Assembly: GCF_023055435.1 (NCBI RefSeq)
Contig: NW_025964290.1
Span: 310,001 to 374,000, forward strand
Direction of reading: 5' to 3'
Source of the DNA: Haliotis rufescens
Lineage: Eukaryota
DNA: 64,000 nt
Made by a program: the position numbers and the translations under genes. A model generated the notes under the pieces. It was given only the letters and a program-made list of their open reading frames with translations, searched no databases and was not told the DNA's origin. Shown in pieces: positions 35,452 to 49,400 of this stretch (the stretch's first letter is position 1; each line of letters begins with the position of its first letter).

Positions 35452-36833
35452 AGGGATATGTGTTAGTTATATATGAGGGGTATATGTGTCGGCGGTGTGT
35501 TTTAGTTATATATGAGGGGTATATGTGTCGGCGGTATGTTTTAGTTGTATATGAGGGGTATATGTGTCGGCGGTATGTGTTAGTTGTATATGAGGGGTAT
35601 ATGTGTCTGCGATATGTGTTAGTTATATATGAGGGGTATATGTGTCTGCGGTATGTTTTAGTTATATATAAGGGGTATATGTGTCTGCGGTATGTGTTAT
35701 TTATATATGAGGGGTATATGTGTCGGCGGTATGTGTTAGTTATATATGAGGGGTATATGTGTCGGTAGTATGCGTTAGTTATAGATGACGGGTATATGTG
35801 TTGGTGGTATGTGTTATTTATATATGAGGGGTATATGTGTCAGCGGTATGTGTTAGTTATATATGAGGGGTATATGTGTCGGCGGTATGTGTTATTTATA
35901 TATGAGGGGTATATGTGTCGGCGGTATGTGTTATTTATATATGAGGGGTATACGTGTCGGCAGTATGTGTTAGTTATATATGAGGGGTATATGTGTCAGC
36001 GGTATGTGTTATTTATATATGAGGGGTATATGTGTCGGCAGTATGTGTTAGTTATATATGAGGGGTATATGTGTCGGCGGTATGTGTTATTTATATATGA
36101 GGGGTATATGTGTCGGCAGTATGTGTTAGTTATATATGAGGGGTATATGTGTCAGCGGTATGTGTTATTTATATATGAGGGGTATATGTGTCGGCGGTAT
36201 GTGTTATTTATATATGAGGGGTATATGTGTCGGCAGTATGTGTTAGTTATATATGAGGGGTATATGTGTCAGCGGTATGTGTTATTTATATATGAGGGGT
36301 ATATGTGTCGGCAGTATGTGTTAGTTATATATGAGGGGTATATGTGTCGGCGGTATGTGTTATTTATATATGAGGGGTATATGTGTCGGCAGTATGTGTT
36401 AGTTATATATGAGGGGTATATGTGTCAGCGGTATGTGTTATTTATATATGAGGGGTATATGTGTCGGCGGTATGTGTTATTTATATATGAGGGGTATATG
36501 TGTCGGCAGTATGTGTTAGTTATATATGAGGGGTATATGTGTCAGCGGTATGTGTTATTTATATATGTGGGGTATATGTGTCGGCAGTATGTGTTAGTTA
36601 TATATGAGGGGTATATGTGTCGGCGGTATGTGTTATTTATATATGAGGGGTATATGTGTCGGCAGTATGTGTTAGTTATATATGAAGGGTATATGTGTCG
36701 GCGGTATGTGTTATTTATATATGAGGGGTATATGTGTCGGCAGTATGTGTTAGTTATATATGAGGGGTATATGTGTCAGCGGTATGTGTTATTTATATAT
36801 GAGGGGTATATGTGTCGGCGGTATGTGTTATTT
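35452..36833. repeat. 39-bp minisatellite x~35
   Basis: TATGTGTTAGTTATATATGAGGGGTATATGTGTCGGCGG units. Confidence 0.97.
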
Positions 36834-36894
36834 CACTCAGTGTGCCTGTCTATGTTGTCACAGTGTTGCAGTAAAATCATTATATCGGTTCCAG

Positions 36895-37535
36895 GTCCCC
36901 GACTTCGATTTGATGCAATTTGTTTATCACGCGATTGCTCTACGACCCCAGAGGGCGTTCTCGTCAACCGGAAGCTCCAAAAGCATCCCCCAGGGTCAGA
37001 GACCGGATGTAGGCTGAAGGTGGGCCGCCGGGCGTTAGTCAGCCCAACGTTGGGAGGAGACGGCCTTCAACTCTGGCAGACAACAGTGAGGGCAAAGATC
37101 AAAACAGCATCCGCTGACAACAGTATGATCTTTGAAGCTGCGGTCACACCGAGACTTGTCGATGCGGGTTTTGCTCAGCCCTCGGGTTTCAGCTTGAATC
37201 TTAGCGACTGTCATGTTCACAGTCAGCTTTGTCTCAAACTACGGAAGGACGGAGAGCTTAAAGCTGATGTTCCAATTGGCTTGAATCAACCGGAAGTGGA
37301 GCACATCCTTGACCTTGGCTTCCTCCTCGATGGTGTCAAGAAGCACCTGCACGTGTTTGACCTGTCCGCGAGGAAGACACTGGTCACTATCGACACCATG
37401 GACACCATGACCCCGCTGTGGCTGGTGTACTACGTGGACACGCCTGAAGAGTCAGACATTCAGGTCACTCTCGTGTCAGGGGTCAACATTCAGGTCACTG
37501 ATTGGCTGGTGGACCTGCTGAAGGGCGTGTGCTGA
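36895..37535 (+). CDS. Probable terminal coding exon of the TRIM gene (divergent SPRY/B30.2-like domain)
   Basis: Acceptor GGTTCCAG|GT is phase 1, matching the donor at 25262 (joined ...PEE-G-PRLRFD..., 601 aa total). Non-repetitive, beta-strand-rich sequence (LRFD, GFLLD..KKHLHVFD, PLWLVY). AATAAA near 38029. Confidence 0.75.
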
Positions 37536-37570
37536 AACAGCTGAAGATAACAGCCTGTGGTCAAGTAGAG

Positions 37571-37693
37571 AACCTCACCCGAGTGTCTTTTGATTTCAAA
37601 TATATCAACATGAGTTGATATAAGCCTCGAAGTTTTCCACTTTTATCAATTCATGTTGATATATTTGATATCAAAAGACACACAGGTGAGATT
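37571..37693. mobile_element. Hairpin/MITE-like inverted repeat (50-bp arms)
   Basis: 37571-37620 pairs with 37644-37693 with few mismatches. Confidence 0.8.
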
Positions 37694-38647
37694 TTATTCA
37701 TCATCTAACATCATTCTTCAAACTTTTAAAGCAGTAAGCAGTGTCTCAAGTGTAAAAAGTGCTGCTAACAGCTTCAGTTGCAGTGCCATTAGCGATGTCA
37801 CTTGATTGTGACGTCATGGTAACCAATGACGTCGCAATGGTCTACAAAGCATTGTTATGCAATTTCATTGCAGCAATATCTACAATGTAGCTTGATCTAA
37901 TCCAAGCGATATCTCCCGTGGGAACCAGTTTTGGATTCTAAATGGTTTTGATATGATCAGGACAGTTGTTTACTTTAATGTTCTTTGTGTTGTTGTCTGT
38001 TTCACCATGTCTATCACATTACTTTCTGAATAAAGTGTATCCATCAAAGTAAAGGCTCGTATCCACGACAACGATGTTGAAAAGAAGTTATGATAATTTC
38101 ATCAATACGATGTCATAGTGTACCTTGCCTGCAGTGAGTATAAGAGCTTGCTTGTGGGTGGGGTGGGTGGGTGGGTGGGTGAGTGAGTGAGTGAGTCGGA
38201 AACAAACCCATACAACACCCATGTTGCAGAAACATAACGTAACTGATGTGATGCTCGTTAAAAGTTTGGCAACCCCAGCGATCATTACCCTGCTCGTGTA
38301 ATGCCCTCGACTTGTTTCATATCTGGTGTCTGGGAGCCGCCCGGGGCGGGCTGTGCGCGGCAGAAGGCCACGACACCATGTCGGTGTTACAGATAGGTGT
38401 CGCTGCGAAGGGGGTACGCTGCAGTGTTTCTGTTATTCCTCATCAACATTATCTGCCCGCGGCGTATGTGGCACTGGAGACGTCGATAGCGGGAGGTTGT
38501 ATGACACACATATATAGTATACATGACACTGTCAGATGAATGCAAGGTGACCCAACTGTTCCCCTGCGTGATGCACACCTGTATCTTGATGATGAATGGT
38601 AGATACAGGTTCTTTCTAAACTGATATCCATATTAATCATAAACAAA

Positions 38648-41600
38648 GTTGGTAGTCGTCATATCGTGACCATGCTGGTAGTCGGCATATCGTCATCATG
38701 TTGGTAGTCAGCATATCGTGATCATGTTGGTAGTCGGCATATCACAACCATGTTGGTAGTCAGCATATCGTGATCATGTTGGTAGTCGGCATATCACAAC
38801 CATGTTGGTAGTTGGCATATCACAACCATGTTGGTAGTCAGCATATCGTAATCATGTTGCTAGTCGGCATATCACAACCATGTTGGAAGTCGGCATATCA
38901 CAACCATGTTGGAAGTCGGCATATCGTAATCATGTTGATAGTCGGCATATCACAACCATGTTGGTATTTGTCATATCACAACCATGTTGGTATTTGTCAT
39001 ATCACAACCATGTTTGTAGTCGGCATATCACAACCATGTTTGTAGTCGGCATATCACAACCATGTTGGAACTCGGCATATCGTGACCACGTTGCTAGTCG
39101 GCATATCACAACCATGTCGCTAGTCGGCATATCACAACCATGTTGCTAGTCGGCATATCACAACCTTGTTGGTAGTCGGCATATCACAACCATGTTGGTA
39201 GTCAGCATATCACAACCATGTTGATAGTCGGCATATCACAACCATGTTGGTAGTCGGCATATCTAAACCATGTTTGTAGTCTGCATATCGTGACCACGTT
39301 GCTAGTCGGCATATCATAACCATGTTGGTAGGCGGCATATCACAACCGTGTTGGTAGTCAGCATATCACAACCATGTTGCTAGTCGGCATATCACAACCA
39401 TGTTGGTAGTCGGCATATCACAACCATGTTGCTAGTCGGCATATCACAACCATGTTGGTAGTCAACATATTGTGACCACGTTGCTAGTCGGCATATCACA
39501 ACTATGTTGGTAGTCAGCATATCACAACCATGTTGGAAGTCGGCATATCACAACCATGTTGGAAGTCGGCATATCACAACCATGTTGGTAGTCAGCATAT
39601 CGTAATCATGTTGGTAGTCGGCATATCACAACCATGTTGCTAGTCGGCATATCGTGACCACGTTACTAGTCGGCATATCGTTTAATGTTGGTAGTCGGCA
39701 CATCACAACCATGTTGATAGTCAGCATATCGTGATCATGTTGGAAGTCGGCATATCGTGATCATGTTGGTAGTCGGCATATCACAACCATGTTGGTAGTC
39801 AGAATATCGTGATCATTTTGGAAGTCGGCATATCACAACCATGTTGGTAGTCAGCATATCGTGATCATGTTGGTAGTCGGCATATCGTGACCATGTTGCT
39901 AGTCGGCATATCACAACCATGTTGCTAGTCGGCATATCGTGATCATGTTGGAAGTCGGCATATCACAACCATGTTGCTAGTCGGCATATCGTGACCACGT
40001 TGCTAGTCGGCATATCACAACCATGTTGCTAGTCGGCATATCACAACAATGTTTGTAGTCGGAATATCACAACCATGTTGGAAGTCGTCATATCACAACC
40101 ATGTTGGTAGTCGGCATATCGTGATCATGTTGGAAGTCGGCATATCACAACCATGTTGGAAGTCGGCATATCACAACCATGTTGGTAGTCAGCATATCGT
40201 AATCATGTTGGTAGTCGGCATATCACAACCATGTTGCTAGTCGGCATATCGTGACCACGTTACTAGTCGGCATATCGTGATCATGTTGGAAGTCGGCATA
40301 TCGTGATCATGTTGGTAGTCGGCATATCACAACCATGTTGGTAGTCAGAATATCGTGATCATTTTGGAAGTCGGCATATCACAACCATGTTGGTAGTCAG
40401 CATATCGTGATCATGTTGGTAGTCGGCATATCGTGACCATGTTGCTAGTCGGCATATCACAACCATGTTGCTAGTCGGCATATCGTGATCATGTTGGAAG
40501 TCGGCATATCACAACCATGTTGCTAGTCAGCATATCGTAATCATGTTGGTAGTCAGCATATCACAACCATGTTGCTAGTCGGCATATCGTGACCACGTTG
40601 CTAGTCGGCATATCACAACCATGTTGCTAGTCGGCATATCACAACAATGTTTGTAGTCGGAATATCACAACCATGTTGGAAGTCGTCATATCACAACCAT
40701 GTTGGTAGTCAGCATATCGTGATCATGTTGGTAGTCGGCATATCACAACAATGTTGGTAGTCGGCATATCGTGATCATGTTGGAAGTCGGCATATCACAA
40801 CCATGTTGGTAGTCAGCATATCGTGATCATGTTGGAAGTCGGCATATCCCAACCATGTTGCTAGTTGGCATATCGTGACCATGTTGGTAGTCGGCATATC
40901 GTGACCACGTTGCTAGTCGGCATATCACAACCATGTTGGTAGTCAGCATATCGTAATCATGTTGGTAGTCAGCATATCACAACCATGTTGCTAGTCGGCA
41001 TATCGTGACCATGTTGGTAGTCAGCATATCGTGACCACGTTGCTAGTCGGCATATCACAACCATGTTGCTAGTCGGCATATCACAACCATGTTTGTAGTC
41101 GGAATATCACAACCATGTTGGAAGTCGTCATATCACAACCATGTTGGTAGTCAGCATATCGTGATCATGTTGGTAGTCGGCATATCACAACCATGGTGGT
41201 AGTCAGCATATCGTGATCATGTTGGAAGTCGGCATATCACAACCATGTTGGTAGTCAGCATATCGTAATCATGTTGGTAGTCGGCATATCACAACCATGT
41301 TGCTAGTCGGCATATCGTGACCATGTTTGTAGTCGACATATCGTGACCACGTTGCTAGTCGGCATATCACAACCATGTTGCTAGTTGGCATATCACAACC
41401 ATGTTTGTAGACGGCATATCACAACCATGTTGGAAGTCGGCATATCACAACCATGTTGGTAGTCCGCATATCGTAATCATGTTGGTAGTCGGCACATCAC
41501 AACCATGTTGGAAGACGGCATATCACAACCATGTTTGTAGTCGACATGTCACAACCATGTTAGAAGTCGGCATATCACAACCATGTTGGTATTTGTCATA

Positions 41601-41988
41601 TCACAACCTTGTTGGTAGTCGGCATATCACAACCATGTTGGTATTTGTCATATCACAACCATGTTGGTAGTCGGCATATCACAACCTTGTTGGTAGTCGG
41701 CATATCACAACCATGTTGGTAGTCGGCATATCGTGATCATGTTGGTATTTGTCATATCACAACCATGTTGGTAGTCGGCATATCACAACCATGTTGGTAG
41801 TCGGCATATCGTGACCACGTTGCTAGTCGGCATATCACAACCATGTTGGTAGTCGGCATATCACAACCATGTTGGTAGTCAGCATATCGTGACCATTTTG
41901 GTAGTCGGCATATCACAACCATGCTGGTAGTCGGCATATCACAACCATGTTGGTAGTCGGGATAACGTAATCACGTTTGTAGTCGGCA
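38648..41988. repeat. 26-bp minisatellite x~128
   Basis: CATGTTGGTAGTCGGCATATCACAAC / ...ATCGTGAT variants. Confidence 0.97.
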
Positions 41989-44900
41989 TGATGTCATGTA
42001 TGTGATGTTGTGTTTGTGATGTTATGTATCTGATGTTGTGCATGTGATGTTATGTATAAGATGTCATATATGTGATGTTGTGTATGTGATGTTGTGTATG
42101 TGATGTTATGTATGTGATGTTATGTATGTGATGGCATGTATATGATGTTATGTATATGATGTTGTGTATGTGATGTTATGTATATTGATGTTATGTATGT
42201 GATGTTATGTATGTGATGTCATGAATGTGATGTTATGCATGTGATGTTATGTATATTGGTGTTATGTATATGATGTTATGTATATGATGTTGTGTATGTC
42301 ATCTTATGTACGATATGTTGTGTATGTGATGTTGTGTATGTGATGTTATGCATGTGATGTTATGTATGTGATGTTAAGTATGTGATGATATTTCTGTGAT
42401 GTTAAGTATGTGATGTTGTGTTTGTGATGTTATTTCTGTGATGTTGTGTATGTGATTTTATGTATGTGATGTTATGTATGGGATGTTGTGTATATGATGT
42501 CATAACGGTGATGTTATGTATGTAATGTTATGAATGTGATGTTATGTATGTGATGTCATGTATGTGAGGATATATATGTGATGTCATGTATGTGATGTTG
42601 TGTATGTGATGTTATGTATGTGATCTGATGTATGTGATGTTATGTATATGATGTTATGTATGTGATGGCATGGATGTAATGTTATGCATGTGATGTTATG
42701 TATGTTCACGTTATGTAAATGAAGTTATGTATGTCATGGTATGTATGTGATGTCATGTATGTGATGATATATGTGATGTCATGTATGTGATGTTGTGTAT
42801 GTGATCTGATGTACGTGATGTTATGTATATGATGTTATGTATGTGATGGCATGGGTGTGATGTTATTTATGTGATGTTGTGTATGTGATGTCATGGATGT
42901 GATGTTATGTATGTGATATTATGCATAGGATGCTGTGTATGTGATGTCATGAATGTGATGCTGTGTATGTGATGTTATGTATGTGATGTTGTGTATGTGA
43001 TGTTTTTACGTGATGTTATGTATGTGATGTCATGAATGTAATGTTATGTATATGATGTCATGCAGGTGATGTTGTGTATATTGATGTTATGTATGTGATG
43101 TTATGCAGGTGATGTTGTGAATATGATGTTATGTAGGTGATGTTGTGTATGTGATGTTATGCAGGTGATTTTTTATATTGATCTTATGTATATGATGTTA
43201 TGAAGGTGATGTTGTGTATGTGATGTTATGTATGTGATGTTATGCAGGTGATGTTGTGTATGTGATGTTGTGTATGTGATGTTATGTATGTGATGTCATG
43301 AATGTGATGTTGTGTATGTGATGTTCTGTATGTGATCTTCTGTATGTGATGTTGTGTATGTGATGCTGTGTATGTGATATTGTGTATGTGATGTCATGAA
43401 TGTGATGTTGTGTATGTGATGTTATGCAGGTGATGTTATGTATATTGATGTTATGTATATGATGTTATGTATATGATGTCATGAATGTGATGTTATGTAT
43501 GTGATGTTATGTATGTGATGTTATGTATTTGATGTCGTGTATGTGATGTTATGCAGGTGATGTTGTGTATATTGATGTTATGTATGTGATGTTATGTATG
43601 TGATGTTATGTATGTGATGTTATGCAGGTGATGTTGTGTATATTGATGTTATGTATGTGATGTAATGTATATGATGTTATGCAGGTGATGTTGTGTATAT
43701 TGATGTAATGTATGTGATGTTATGTATGTGATGTCATGAATGTGATGTTATGTATGTGATGTTATGTATGTGATGTTACGTATTTGATGTCGTGTATGTG
43801 ATGTTATGCAGGTGATGTTGTGTATATTGATGTTATGTATGTGATGTTATGTATGTGATGTTATGTATGTGATGTTATGCAGGTGATGTTGTGTATATTG
43901 ATGTTATGTATGTGATGTAATGTATATGATGTTATGCAGGTGATGTTGTGTATATTGATGTAATGTATGTGATGTTATGGAGGTGATGTTGTGTATGTGA
44001 TGTTATGTGTGTGATGTTATGCAGGTGATGTTGTGTATATTGATGTTATGTACATGATGTTATGTATATGATGTTGTGTATGTGATGTTGTGTATGTGAT
44101 GTTATGTATGTGATGTTATGCAGGTGATGTATGTATGTGATGTTGTCTTTGTGATGTTATGTATGTGATGTCATGAATGTGATGTTGTGTATGTGATGTC
44201 ATGTATGTGATGTTGTGTATGTGATGTTATGTATGTGTTGTTGTGTATGTGATGTTTTTACGTGATGTTATGTATGTGATGTCATGAATGTAATGTTATG
44301 TATATGATGTCATGCAGGTGATGTTGTGTATATTGATGTTATGCAGGTGATGTCATGAATGTGATGTTATGTATGTGATGTTATGTATGTGATGTTATGT
44401 ATTTGATGTCGTGTATGTGATGTTATGCAGGTGATGTTGTGCATATTGATGTTATGTATGTGATGTTATGTATGTGATGTTATGTATGTGATGTTTTGTA
44501 TGTGATGTCGTATATATGATGTTATGTGTGTGATGTTATTTATGTGATGTTATGTATGTGATGTTATGTATGTGATGTTATGTATGTGATGTCGTTTATG
44601 TGATGTTGTGTATGTGATGTCATGAATATGATGTTATGCAGGTGATGTTGTGTATATTGATGTTATGTATGTGATGTTATGTATGTGATGTTGTGTATGT
44701 GATGTTGTGCATGTGATGTCATGAATTTGATGTTGTGTATGTGATGTTATGTATGTGATGCTGTGTATGTGATGTTGTGTATGTGATGTCATGAATATGA
44801 TGTTATGCAGGTGATGTTGTGTATATTGATGTTATGTATGTGATGTAATGTATATGATGTTATGCAGGTGATGTTGTGTATGTGATGTTATGTATGTGAT

Positions 44901-45757
44901 GTTATGCAGGTGATGTTGTGTAAGTGATGTTGTCTTTGTGATGTTGTGTGTGTGATGTTATGCAGGTGATGTTGTTTATATTGATGTTATGTATATGATG
45001 TTATGTATATGATGTTGTGTATGTGATGTTGTGTATGTGATGTTATGTATGTGATGTTATGCAGGTGATGTTGTGTAAGTGATGTTGTCTTTGTGATGTT
45101 ATGTATGTGATGTCATGAATGTGATGTTGTGTATGTGATGTCATGTATGTGATGTCATGAATGTGATGTTGTGTATGTGATGTCATGCAGGTGATGATGT
45201 GTATATTGATGTTATGTATATGATGTTATGTATGTGATGTCATGAATGTGATGTTATGCAGGTGATATTGTGTATATTGATGTTATGTATATGATGTTAT
45301 GTATATGATGTCATGAATGTGATATTATGCAGGTGATGTTGTGTATATTGATGTTATGTATGTGATGTTATGTATGTGATGTTGTGTATGTGATGTCATG
45401 GATGTGATGTTATGTATGTGATGTTATGTATATGATGTTATGCAGGTGATGTTGTGTATATTGATGTTATGTATGTGATGTTGTATATGAGATGTCGTGT
45501 ATTTGATGTTTTGTATGTGATGTTGTGTATGTGATGTTGTGTATGTGATGTTGTGTATGTGATGTTATGTATATGATGTTATGTACGTGATGTTATGCAT
45601 GTGATGTTACGTATGTGATGTCGTGTATCTGAATTTATGTATGTGATGTCTTGTTTGTGATGTTATGTGTGTGATGTCATGTATGTGAAGTTATGTATAT
45701 TATGTTATGTATGTGATGTTATGTATATGATGTTATGTATGTGATGTTATGTATGTG
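41989..45757. repeat. 14-bp minisatellite x~270
   Basis: TGATGTTATGTATG and variants, directly abutting the 26-bp array. Confidence 0.97.
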
Positions 45758-46459
45758 AGGGCGGCTTACATCATGTCGGTGTGCTGTGTGTTATCGAACA
45801 CTTCCGAGTTCAGCTATTGACAGTCGGGGTTGGCCATCCTACTTGTACGTTCATCAAGGATTGGTTACTTCTGACCTCAGACATCAGCACCAGTTAATGA
45901 ACTCTGCAGTCACGTGGCCTCAAGCAATGGCAACCAATGAGTCACAAATACTCATGTCAGCTTCTGTGTGTTTTATTTTAGAGCCATTCCAGCCACCAGG
46001 TTTAGAGTTGGAAAGACATGATGTTCACCATGGACTTGCCGACTTGATGAAATTGTCCTGTCATGATATATATTCAACTTGGAAAGTTTCTCAGGACTGC
46101 AATACATACCGCACATTTTCTCCTTCCAACTCACTCACTCACTCACTCACTCAGCACTACCCATTTCCTCTATTCACTCCTTCACTCACTCACCCGCCCG
46201 CCCACCTGCTCGCTCGATCACTCACTCAATCACTCACTCATAATAGTTATTAACCCCATTGCATACACATAAAATTGAAAGTCCGACAACTTTCTCAGTG
46301 AAGAAAGCTTCTGGTACTTTTTGGGGTTGAATATTATCCCATTTTTGTGGATGGGGGTAAACCCAAAAAGGTACCAGACTCTGTACGTTACTAAGAAAGT
46401 GTTATCCAAAATATAACATTTGTTACATTTGACCACTTTCTAAATGGCATTGTGTGTTC

Positions 46460-49400
46460 CATTGTTTGCACAAGCTTGATAGATTCCCCTCCAAACATTC
46501 GCGTGATAACCTCTATGTGTTAGTGATCAACTCCTCTGTTTTCACAAGCTTTGTAGATTCCCCTCAAAACACTCTAGTGATAACCTCTATGTGTTAGTGA
46601 TCAACTCCGCTGTTTTCACAAGCTTGATAGATCCCCCTCCAAACACTCGCGTGATAACCTCTATGTGTTAGTGATCAACTCCTCTGTTTTCACAAGCTTG
46701 ATAGATTCCCCTCCAAACACTCGCGTGATAACCTCTATGTGTTAGTAATCAACTCCTCTGTTTACACAAGCTTCATAGACCCCCTCCAAACACTCGCGTG
46801 ATAACCTCTATGTGTTAGTGATCAACTCCGCTGTTTTCACAAGCTTAATAGATTCCCCTCCAAACACTCGCGTGATAACCTCTATGTGTAAGTGATCAAC
46901 TCCTCTGTTTTAACAAGCTTTGTAGATTCTCCTCAAAACACTCGCGTGATAACCTCTATGTGTTAGTGATCAACTCCTCTGTTTACACAAGCTTGATAGA
47001 TTCCCCTCCAAACACTCGCGTAATAACCTCTATGTGTTAGTAATCAACTCCGCTGTTTACACAAGCTTGATAGATTCCCATCAAAACACTCGCGTGATAA
47101 CCTCTATGTGTTAGTGATCAACTCCTCTCTTTTCACAAGCTTGATAGATTCCCCTCAAAACACTCGCGTGATAACCTCTATGTGTCATTGATCAACTCTT
47201 CTGTTTTCACAAGCTTGATAGATCCCCCTCCAAAGACTCGCGTGATAACCTCTATGTGTTAGTGATCAACTCCGCTGTTTACACAAGCTTGATAGATTCC
47301 CCTCCAAACACTCGCGTGATAACCTCTATGTGTTAGTGATCAACTCTTCTGTTTACACAAGCTTTGTAGATTCCCCTTCAAACACTCGCGTGATAACCTC
47401 TATGTGTTAGTGATCAACTCCTCTCTTTACACAAGCTTTGTAGATTCCCCTCCAAACACTCGCGTGATAACCTCTATGTGTTAGTGATCAACTCCTCTGT
47501 TTTCACAAGCTTTGTAGATTCCCCTCAAAAGACTCGCGTGATAACCTCTATGTGTTAGTGATCAACTCCTCTGTTTTCACAAGCTTGATAGATTCCTCAT
47601 CAAAACACTCGCGTGATAACCTCTATGTGTTAGTGATCAACTCCTCTGTTTTCACAAGTTTGACAGATTCCCCTCCAAACACTTGCGTGATAACCTCTAT
47701 GTGCTAGTGATCAACTCCGCTGTTTACACAAGCTTTGTAGATTCCCCTCCAAACACTCGCGTGATAACCTCTATGTGTTAGTAATCAACTCCTCTCTTTT
47801 CACAAGCTTGATAGATTTCTCTCAAAACACTCGCGTGATAACCTCTATGTGTTAGTGACCAACTCCTCTGTTTACACAAGCTTGATAGATTCCCCTCCAA
47901 ACACTCACGTGATAGCCTCTATGTGTTAGTGATCAACTCCGCTGTTTACACAAGCTTGATAGATCCCCCTCCAAACACTCGCGTGATAACCTCTATGTGT
48001 TAGTGATCAACTCCGCTGTTTACACAAGCTTGATAGATCCCCCTCCAAACACTCTCGTGATAATCTCTATGTGTTAGTGATCAACTCCGCTGTTTACACA
48101 AGCTTGATAGATCCCCCTCCAAACACTCGCGTGATAACCTCTATGTGTTAGTAATCAACTCCTCTGTTTTCACAAGCTTGATAGATCCCCCTCCAAAGAC
48201 TCGCGTGATAACCTCTATGTGTTAGTGATCAACTCCGCTGTTTACACAAGGTTGATAGATTCTCCTCCAAATACTCACGTGATAACCTCTATGTGTTAGT
48301 GATCAACTCCTCTGTTTTCACAAGCTTGATAGATTCCCCTCCAAACACTCTCGTGATAACCTGTATGTGTTAGTGATCAACTCTTCTGTTTACACAAGCT
48401 TGATAGATTCCCCTCCAAACACTCGCGTGATAACCTCTATGTGTTAGTGATCAACTCCTCTGTTTACACAAGCTTTGTAGATTCCCCTCCAAACACTCGC
48501 GTGATAACCTCTATGTGTAAGTGATCAACTCCTCTGTTTTAACAAGCTTTGTAGATTCTCCTCAAAACACTCGCGTGATAACCTCTATGTGTTAGTGATC
48601 AACTCCGCTGTTTACACAAGCTTGATAGATTCCCCTCCAAACACTCGCGTAATAACCTCTATGTGTTAGTAATCAACTCCGCTGTTTACACAAGCTTGAT
48701 AGATTCCCATCAAAACACTCGCGTGATAACCTCTATGTGTTAGTGATCAACTCCTCTCTTTTCACAAGCTTGATAGATTCCCCTCAAAACACTCGCGTGA
48801 TAACCTCTATGTGTCATTGATCAACTCCGCTGTTTGCACAAGCTTGATAGATTCCCATCAAAACACTCGCGTGATAACCTCTATGTGTTAGTGATCAACT
48901 CCTCTGTTTTCACAAGCTTGATAGATCCCCCTCCAAAGACTCGCGTGATAACCTCTATGTGTTAGTGATCAACTCCGCTGTTTACACAAGCTTGATAGAT
49001 TCCCCTCCAAACACTCGCGTGATAACCTCTATGTGTTAGTGATCAACTCTTCTGTTTACACAAGCTTTGTAGATTCCCCTTCAAACACTCGCGTGATAAC
49101 CTCTATGTGTTAGTGATCAACTCCTCTCTTTACACAAGCTTTGTAGATTCCCCTCCAAACACTCGCGTGATAACCTCTATGTGTTAGTGATCAACTCCTC
49201 TGTTTTCACAAGCTTTGTAGATTCCCCTCAAAAGACTCGCGTGATAACCTCTATGTGTTAGTGATCAACTCCTCTGTTTTCACAAGCTTGATAGATTCCT
49301 CTCAAAACACTCGCGTGATAACCTCTATGTGTTAGTGATCAACTCCTCTGTTTTCACAAGTTTGACAGATTCCCCTCCAAACACTTGCGTGATAACCTCT

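Noticed and set aside
35796-36894. N-terminal 366 aa of the 579-aa ORF
   Set aside because: Read-through of the 39-bp minisatellite; only the part after the acceptor at 36894 looks coding.
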